DNA of 54,590 nucleotides from Octopus bimaculoides (taxonomy: Eukaryota). The stretch lies in contig NC_068986.1 of NCBI RefSeq assembly GCF_001194135.2, forward strand, positions 75,468,042-75,522,631, given 5' to 3'. Positions 46,087-54,590 of the stretch are shown in pieces (position 1 is the stretch's first letter; each line of letters opens with the position of its first letter). The notes under the pieces were generated by a model. The model saw only the letters and a list, made by a program, of their open reading frames with translations, did no database searches and was not told where the DNA came from. Position numbers and translations under genes: made by a program.

Positions 46087-47812
46087 GCCGTCAATATCAG
46101 ACGTGTAGGTGTAGAGGACGGTTTAAAAAGTCTGTTTTGAACGCCTTCCTCTAGAAAAATGCCGACTTCTCCAGCCTAAATCAGTAACTAGTTTATTTTT
46201 CCCATAATAAATAAGGGAAACACCTTTTACTCGTCATCATAGCGCTACCCTGAACAGAATTTAAAATATACATCTACACCACGTGGAATCTCGCTAACAG
46301 GATTATGGCTGAAACTAACACCAGCATAGATGAAACTAATAACGTCACCACCGATGAAAACAGAATTACTTCACCAGTAAGTTATTTAAGAGGACGTAAG
46401 TACTCTTCTCGCTTTACTTGGACTCAGCAACTAAACCAAGATTTACTTCGGTGTGAAGAAAAAGTCCGAGATGACCCTTCAATCAGATACATGAACCGGT
46501 TAAAACAATACTCATTTCTTTATTGCCCACAAGGGACTAGACATAGCAGGGACAAACAAGGACAGACAAAGGGATTAGGTCAATTACATCGACCTCAGTG
46601 TGTAACTGGTATTTATTTAATCGACCCCGAATGGTTGAAAGGTAAAGTCGACCTTCGCGGAATTTGAACTCAGAACGTAGCGGCAGACGAAATGCCGCTA
46701 AGCATTTCGCCCGGCGTGCTAACTATTCTGCCAGTTAAAACAATACTGGGACGAAGTTCATCCCAACTTAAATACCTTCACGGCGAAAGAGCACCGACAA
46801 CAAGCATCTTTTGTAAAGAAAAAAAGAAAAAAATAAATAAATAAACAAATCAACTGGTCTTCGATCTTCCCAAAACACTGAAAATGGGTCAAAATCTGCC
46901 AGAAGCAGCGTAAAAAATAATGTAAAAGACCCCCACCGTTCCCGCCAGTAGTGATGATAGAGAAATATATCCAACTCAAAAACATTTTAGAATTACAATT
47001 CGGAAAAAATTTTGCTACTTTCTTGAAGCTTTCGTTGAAGAAAACATCAACAAGATGCGCCGCCATATTGGATGCTTAACTACAACAATAAAATGTAAGG
47101 AGAAAAATGAGTCTACATCTCACCAACTCTACCTTAGACAAAAATTAATGAAACTTTACGGCAACTCTTCCTATCGAGCTCTTGGGGGAAAGCTAATCAC
47201 TTTAAAACTCAGGACGATGAGCGAGAAACTCCACTATCGCGTGCGAATTTTTGAGCGAGCCAGTATCAATCGCAAGTTTGCTTCCATCCCACAAACATTA
47301 AGCAGAGAGATGGGGAAGGAAAATATTACCATTAAGAAAGCTCCCTTCTAAGAAGATCTACAATCATTCTGGTCAAAAATTTCGAACAAAAAGAATTTCA
47401 ACCTGAATGCATTATGATTAAATACAGTTGAGAGAGAATACTATACCAACACTAACAGTAAAACATACAAAATTGATGCAGAAATCTTCACTGTAGCAGT
47501 AGGGAAACTGTAAAATGGGAAGGCACCTAGAAGGGTCCTAATAGTTGGATACTGGTACAAGAAGCTGACATTTTATAGAAACCAATTGATATGTATTTTC
47601 AAAAGGACTATGGAAGGTTGGACTGATATGTCACATTGGCTTGCTACTGCAAGGACAAATCTTGCTGCCAAAAATGAAATCATCGAAATGGCAGGAAACT
47701 ACAAGACCATTGCTTGCCTAAACATTATGCACAAACTGCACACAAGTTGCCTCAACCAATTCCTCCAGGACCATTGTGAGTCGAACAACATTGTGACTGA
47801 TGAACTAGCAAT
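46087..47812 (+). mobile_element. 5' half of an R4/Dong-like RLE LINE (N-terminus to RT domain 2), interrupted by a SINE
   Basis: FTWTQQLNQDLLRC...YMNRLKQY|WDEVHP...; later KAP...GYWYKKL...WLATARTNL..K...NYKTIACLNIMHKLHTSCLNQFLQDHC..NNIV.DE, matching KAPG.D...GRT.L..K...NYRPIACL...EQ. Confidence 0.85.
46513..46733 (-). mobile_element. SINE family A inserted in the LINE ORF, with 13-14-bp TSD
   Basis: gttaaaacaatact at 46499-46512 and 46734-46747. Confidence 0.95.
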
Positions 47813-48481
47813 TACAAATGAAAACAAGAAAATAACAACAGGTGTATTTCGACTGGGAACGAATCAAATTGAGCTGGCGTGTCTGAAGTGAAAGCCTAAA
47901 GGAAGGAACGTAAGAGATGGACATAAGAGGTGTCGGCGGTCGGCAGTCAGGTCAATAAAGAAAGATCATGGCTGGCTGGACACCGGTCACGTGGAAGGAG
48001 GAGAGAGTGATAGTGGGCAGCGGGATTGAAAGATTAGAAAAAAAATCAGAGACAAAGGGAAAGGTAGAAGTGAGATAAACGAGGGAGGAAAGGTGGGAGT
48101 TAAAGAGAGGGCCAAGAAATGTGAGAGAGAGGGTGAGCGAGAAAAAGAAAAGTGGAAGAAAGTATGAGGGGGGACTAAAAGATAGAGTATGAGTCGTACA
48201 AAATTTAGATACATACCCAGTATAAGGTGAACACAAGTGTGTACGTACGCCGCTATATGTATATATAAATACAAAAAAATGGAACTAAAATGCAATAGAG
48301 GACAATAAAACATTCGGACAGATAGACGATACGAAGGCGGACAGGAGAAACAACAATAGAGGGACATATATATAGACCCTGCTATGTCAAGATGGACTTA
48401 TATATTCTTCCTCTGCTCTCTCCCACTTGGTTTTAATATGTTGCCACATTTGTAATATGTCTTTTTTTCTACATTTTTTCG

Positions 48482-48570
48482 TGCAGCTGAAGATTGCTCT
48501 TCATATTGCATTTAAGGTAATGCTCACATTACTTAAATAAATTGAAGTAGCATGAAACGTGCGTACTGCA
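48482..48570 (+). ncRNA. Type I hammerhead ribozyme with long stem II (10.1/11.1 mismatch)
   Basis: tgcag-CTGAAGA-t-tgctcttca...tgaagtagca-t-GAA-ACGTGCGT-A-ctgca; cleavage triplet GUA. Confidence 0.7.
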
Positions 48571-48919
48571 ATCACTTTTGAAATCCGTGTTGCTTATTAT
48601 TTGATTTTAATCACCCATCCTTTTGGGATGTGATATTCGGGTGCCTTCGCATAAGTACCATATTCAAGCCTTGAATNNNNNNNNNNNNNNNNNNNNNNNN
48701 NNNNNNNNNNNNNNNNNNNNNNNNNNNNNNNNNNNNNNNNNNNNNNNNNTCTATCTATCTATCTATCTGTGTGTGTGTGTGGAGAATGGAGCAACAAATA
48801 CTAGAAGAAGCAATTCTGTTGGGCTAGTTAGCCGTTGTTTTATTGAGTGGAGGTTATGTAATGAGTCATTGTGGAGGTTGAGGTTATGTAGTGAGTCGTT
48901 GTGAATGTTATGTAATAGT

Positions 48920-48971
48920 CATTTACGTACGTTTCAATCTAGCCAATGGTTTGGCAGATCTCATCAGAATG
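48920..48971 (-). ncRNA. Canonical type I hammerhead ribozyme
   Basis: catt-CTGATGA-gatct-gccaa-acca-ttggc-t-agatt-GAA-ACGTACGT-A-aatg. All core nucleotides are intact, stem II is 10 bp, stem III a perfect palindrome, triplet GUA. Confidence 0.88.
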
Positions 48972-49236
48972 TTGAGGAGTATGTAATAGTTCGTGGTGCG
49001 AGGGATGTATGAGAAGTGATTGATGGGTATATTAATGTATATGGTGGTGTAATAAAACTACGGTTTAAACAATAAATTACCTGCCTCTGGATGCCCTCTA
49101 CCCAAGACGGTACCCGTACAGGTGATCCCCAGGAGTGCTTCCGGATTTAAACATCCCCTGGTTGCTTGGATGCTTCAGACTACCCCTGAAGGATTGAGGC
49201 AACCCTATCATTTACCTATATATATATATATATATA

Positions 49237-49440
49237 ATCAAAAATAAGCAACAAGGATATTCAAGGTTAATGCAATACGATCGTTTCATGCGACTCCATT
49301 AATTTAAGCAATGCTAACATCGCTTGAATATCCTTGTTGCTTATTTTTGATATTTAATCACCTCATTTTGGAATTGTTTGGATAATACGATACTTAATTC
49401 TGGTGCCTAAACTTAAGTACCATATTCACCTTGAATCTAG
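49237..49440. mobile_element. Head-to-head inverted junction of an HHR-bearing element (same family as 48482-48676)
   Basis: Perfect 29-bp inverted repeat at 49237-49265 / 49323-49351. Between them the minus strand carries gcatGAAAcgatcgTAttgca. 49330-49440 matches 48580-48676. Confidence 0.8.
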
Positions 49441-49489
49441 ATATATATATATATATATATATATTTACATATACATACCTATCCACAGT

Positions 49490-49640
49490 CAAAATGCTCG
49501 AAACCTGTAAAATATATTTTGGGAATGCTTCGGAGAACCTAACTTACTTGGCAGCTATTGAAATCACTGATTGGTTTTTGACGCACCAGTTTTAGAGATG
49601 GAGGAAGTTTATAGACGTTTACGACTCGGAATATTGTTAC
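49490..49640 (-). mobile_element. Decayed AP-endonuclease fragment of a non-LTR retrotransposon
   Basis: VVNVYKLPPSLNW then, in a shifted frame, ISDFNS. This resembles the I.NVYKPP...W / GDFNSH..W motifs. Confidence 0.4.
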
Positions 49641-49967
49641 TGATAGTTGGAATAAAAAGTATCAAAACATAGGTCGAAATTCTATTTGTTTTTAGAATTT
49701 ATTAATTGAAGAGAAACATTCCTCGTGACACACTAGACACCCACGGATTTTGAAAAATACTTTTTGAAAATCATGTGTCCACGTTTTCTTCCAGTTTTCA
49801 TGATATCTAGATCACTAGCCGTACCCCCAGTACCCATTCTCTCTCTTCCTCTCTCTATGTGTTTGTCTTTCTCTCTTCATCTCTCTGTCACTTTTCTCTC
49901 CTTGTCTCCCTTCCTCTTACTATCTGTCTTTCTCTCTTCTTTCTCTGTATCTCTGTCTTTCTTTGAC

Positions 49968-50004
<37 letters not shown>

Positions 50005-50489
50005 CCCTGTATCTCTCGTTCTCTCTCTATGTCATTATTTTCCCTATGACACTATCTCATTTCCCCCCCCTCTCTCTCTCTCTCTCTCCCCCTCTCTCCC
50101 TCTCTCTCTCTCTCTCTCTCGTTCCTTCTCTTTCTTTGTCTCCTTTCTCCTGTCTCACCTTCTTTGAAGAAACGATTTGAAGATTTCTCAAAATAAGAAC
50201 ACCAACAACAACAATAAATAGAAAACGAAGACAAGAAAAAATAAAATCAATAGATCAATAGAAAGATGGCTTCGTCATGAAAGCAAAATAAAATGCTCTC
50301 ATCGTGAAATCAATAATGAAATAAACTTCAAGAAACAAAATTATAGCTTTCAGTTGGGGAGGGTGCTTCAAAGAGTCTTCATAAAAACACAGAGATAGCA
50401 CATCTGAAATATAGTCGAATTGACAAAATTACTGATCAATACAACCTTAGATCTGTACCAATGAATCGACTAAAATCCTTGAAAATTTC

Positions 50490-50507
50490 TAAAGGATTAT
50501 TATTATT

Positions 50508-50559
<52 letters not shown>

Positions 50560-50641
50560 ACATCATTGTCGTCGTCATCGTCGTCGCCATCGTCGTCGTC
50601 ATCATCATCATCATCATCATCATTATTATTATTATTATTAT

Positions 50642-50677
<36 letters not shown>

Positions 50678-50787
50678 CAGCAGCAGTAGCAGCAGCAGTA
50701 GCAGCAGCAGCATTATCATCATCATCATCATCATCATCATCGTTATTCTTAGTATTATTGTTGTGGTTGTTGTTGTTATTGTTATCA

Positions 50788-50881
<94 letters not shown>

Positions 50882-50979
50882 CATTATTGTTATTATTATT
50901 ATTATCATTATTATTATTATTATTATTATTATTGTTGCTGTTGTTGTTGTTATTATTATTATCATCATCATCATCATCA

Positions 50980-51013
<34 letters not shown>

Positions 51014-51015
51014 CA
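50490..51015. repeat. Long compound trinucleotide microsatellite (ATT/ATC/GTC/GTA/GCA/GTT)
   Basis: Read directly; it explains the poly-N/D/I/L/S ORFs. Confidence 0.95.
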
Positions 51016-51379
51016 AAGTTAAGAAAGCCGATTTCTTCTCCAGCTGCGTATAGTTTTGATTGATGAGAGAGAACGTAAACATCATCTCGAAGAACACAAC
51101 TAGCTACAGCAATGACAAAAAACAAAAACAAAAAAAGACAAACAACGATGACAATACGAACCAATGCAATAGTGACTACTGTAGCATTAACAGCAATAAC
51201 AACACAGCAATGTGTACTGTCACCAACACCACAGTCGCCACCACTAGCACCACAACCACCACCAACAACAACAGAAATTTATCTATGTTTGTGCACTAAT
51301 AAATATCTGACACAATGTAAACTAGAGACACACAGTAGAGGTATGTCGTCGCCTCTATGAATAAATGAAAGCGGATACA

Positions 51380-51603
51380 CACGTACACCCTCACACACAC
51401 ACACATACACACACACACACACACATGCACACGCAGACATACATACACATACTTTGATCTATAATAAAAATAGACAATGAAAGCAAAGAAATCAATAGAC
51501 AGGCAGTTGGAGAGTCTGACAAATAAATGGGAAAGCAGGAAAGCAAATAAATAGACAGGCAAGTATATATATACATATACATACACACATACATACATAC
51601 ATA

Positions 51604-51642
<39 letters not shown>

Positions 51643-51850
51643 TCTATACGTATACATAAATATATAGATAGATAGATATACATATACATACATATATATA
51701 CATATATATTATACATATATATATATATATTATGTATAATGTATATAATATATATATATGATATATAAATATACATACATGCATATATATATGATATATA
51801 TAAATATACATACATGCATATATATATGATATACATAAAACATACATACA

Positions 51851-51896
<46 letters not shown>

Positions 51897-51917
51897 ATAT
51901 ATAAATATACATACATG

Positions 51918-51977
<60 letters not shown>

Positions 51978-51990
51978 TGTATGTATATCA
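51380..51990. repeat. (CA)n/(TA)n/(TACA)n low-complexity block
   Basis: Read directly. Confidence 0.95.
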
Positions 51991-53047
51991 GTATCTATGT
52001 ATAAATGGTGGGGTTTGACTGGTGAAGTGCAAATGGACTTCCTCGCCAAGGGAATGCTTTTGTAGTTCAAGAAAGATCGACCCTCCATTCTCAATAAAAT
52101 TTTATACGCTCTTATTTTTACAATATATTATGAATCAGAAATAACATTAAAAAAAAAATACCACCAATAAAAAGCCACGCTCTACCAATTTCCGGAATTG
52201 TGGATTTCCACAACGAAATTTATGCTAGAATTTATCAGATGTCTTTGAAATCTTGATGACATTATTATGCGCTGAATATACCACTTTACAACGTTGAAGG
52301 TTTCCAAACGCAATTGTATCATAACAGTTTGTTTTGCAAGAATAAGTTTTGACATGTACGTAGTCTATTCATAACAGCTATGACATAATTCAGGCAAAAT
52401 ATAATAGGGAATATGAAACTTCAAATAATATATTAAAAGATAGACAGGATGATCATGGGGTTGGGAAATATATTTTCACTGGACTGTGAAGAAATTGTCT
52501 GTAATTTTACATCGTATGCTTTTTATTCTTTCAAAAATTTTAATTGAAATTCCTTTGTGTCGTCTAACAAACTGTGTGTCTATAGAACAGCTTCATCGCA
52601 ATTCTGAACATCAGGAAACGTTTTAACTGTTTCAGTTATTTAGAGAATATTGAGATATTTTTGCCCCCTTAGTCATATCGTCTGCATCGAATAAGCGAAG
52701 ACATTCGGCGTCTCATGCCTTTTAGTGCACTTTGCAAATCAGCAAATCAACTGTTGCTATTTGTTTGTTAAAGTTTATTTCAAAATAATATTTAACTTAT
52801 ACTCGTTGGTACAGGTATGCTTCCATCGAGGCAGTTCCGCATTATATAGCTATCAGTATCTTAGTGACCCTGTGGACCTTTATATAGCTATTAGTACCTT
52901 AGTGGACCTTTGTGAGGGTTTGGGGTTCATGTTAGCAGCAAAGTGATTTTAACAGATTTTAGGCCTTATGGTATAGTGACTGACGTCAATCGTTCATAAG
53001 AAATAACATTCGTCAATCACCACCATCATCACATCTATAACAATATA

Positions 53048-53130
<83 letters not shown>

Positions 53131-54039
53131 GATACGAGAACGTATTATCTGGTCATATCATAAGAAAATAAACCTCAAGAATATATATATATATATATAT
53201 ATAATACAATATAAAATGCTCAGAAACGCAGCAAAAAAGAGTGAAGAGGTAAGGCATACAAAATATAGGGGGAAATGAGAACAACAGTATGTTAGGGTCA
53301 ATGACTGCTCATTGGAAATTTATAAAAAAACTGCACAGCAAATATATCCCTTTGAATTCAAACTATTCACAGTTGTGATAATATTGAAACATCTGCCAAA
53401 TAAAAATGATTACTCAGCTTTTTTTTTTTTTCTTCTTTTGCCTTTTTTATAGGTAGGCAAAAGTAAGAACAGATCGACAAGTTTTCATGGAAAGTCTAAT
53501 GGAAAATTTTCTCTTCGGGTTGGCTGGCGAAAGACAGCATGATTAATAATACGTCTTTAATATATTGGTTGTCATTCTGATGTTTGATTTGGGTTTAGTG
53601 CTATCGTTTAACGCTACCTAGACTTAATATACTAAAGAAATGTCAAGGAAGTTTACATTAAGCATGCATTTTGTTGTGTCAACGGCCCCAAGCGAAAAAG
53701 TAGGCTCGACCAAGACATATAAATAGAGGTAGTCTGACCGTGGTAGGAGTGGACTGACTGTTGACTAGCAGTTGAGTAGACATCGTCCGAAGGTGCTAGA
53801 TAGCAGTAGGTTGAGACATAACACATTTACAAGAGGTCAGGCAATTACAAATGTGTTTGGAGGTCTTATTACCATTACCTGAATTGATTCACATTTTTGG
53901 AATTTACAGAACAAACATTATTTATCCAACACCAACTTTACAGGTTGTTTTATAATATATAGTTTGATAAACTGAATGTGATAAGAAAGTTAACAATATT
54001 ATTTTCTCACTGTATGTTTCTTTACTAGCTTTGTCGTAT

Positions 54040-54200
54040 ATATGATATTTTTTTCTGACGTTCCCGTATTTTGACATCTCGAGAAAAGAAACCGACAGAG
54101 TAAGCACCATACTTAAAAAATAATTACTAGAGTCAATTTGTTCGACTAAACTCTTCAAGGCTGGCCATAGTCTATTGTATAAAAACAAGTAAAAGAAAGA
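54040..54200 (+). mobile_element. SINE family B, degenerate 3' half
   Basis: gacgttcccgta...aaaagaaaccgacagagtaagcacc...tttgttcgactaaac...ctggccatagtc...aaacaagtaaaag. Confidence 0.65.
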
Positions 54201-54423
54201 AAAAGAAAGGTATAACATGTGTGAGTGAGCGTGTGTCAACATATGTATACATATGTGTACATATGTATACATGTATATATGTATGCCTCGACATATACAT
54301 ATACAGGCATAACATTAGATATACAAGTATGTTTAATTAATATAACATCTTATAGCTGGTTACATCCGAGACACGAGAATTCAGAAATGCTCAACAACTT
54401 AACAAAGAGGTATGATAGGCGCA

Positions 54424-54590
54424 GGCGAGGGTGTGTGGCAAGAAGCTTGAATCCCAATCACATGATTCTGGGTTCAGTCCCACTGTGTGGCACCTTGGGC
54501 AATTGTCTTCTACTATAGCCCAGGGCCGACCAAAGCCTTGTGTGCGGATTTGGTAGACTGAAACTGGAAGAAGCCTGTCGCATATATATA
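54424..54590 (+). mobile_element. SINE family B, 5' half
   Basis: ggcgagggtgtgtggcaagaagcttg...gggttcagtcccactgtgtggcaccttgggcaattgtcttctactatagc. Confidence 0.9.

Noticed and set aside
451-47000. Long ORFs spanning N runs (e.g. 3847-4876, 21004-21895, 29156-30042, 34479-35796, 40045-41048, 45448-46140)
   Set aside because: They stay open only because N codons contain no stops; the flanking residues are microsatellite or SINE translations.
49540-49640. Minus-strand exon ending in GTAAGT
   Set aside because: The peptide matches retrotransposon AP-endonuclease motifs that continue past the apparent donor in a shifted frame.
50436-51164. 242-aa poly-Asn/Asp/Thr ORF and overlapping poly-L/I/S ORFs
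   Set aside because: Pure compound trinucleotide microsatellite, open in several frames on both strands, with no splice or homology support.

Overview
This is AT-rich eukaryotic (animal) DNA from a draft assembly with 14 N-gaps and dense (TA)n, (CA)n, (TACA)n and trinucleotide microsatellites. The SINE families look like those of octopod cephalopods; this is an inference, not a database result. No prokaryotic features or CRISPR arrays were found, and no host protein-coding gene can be confidently called. Most ORFs in the track are artefacts of gaps or microsatellites. The window is a patchwork of mobile elements: four tRNA-headed SINE families, relics of non-LTR retrotransposons (R4/Dong-like RLE, CR1-group, Tx1/L1-like), Penelope-like elements (PLEs), hAT and mariner MITEs, and long foldback elements. 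The most interesting signal is non-coding: several type I hammerhead ribozyme (HHR) motifs with palindromic stem III. One is essentially canonical (48920-48971, minus). Two are near-canonical with long branched stem II (39803-39888 minus; 48482-48570 plus). One is decayed and sits in a ~330-360 bp tandem repeat that looks like a retrozyme or PLE pseudo-LTR (8472-8522). Also notable are a near-complete RLE LINE split into two oppositely oriented halves and bounded by (TACA)n, a ~0.5-0.7 kb inverted duplication, and a CR1-group LINE 3' end that shares its tail with the commonest SINE. All structures were read and folded by eye.
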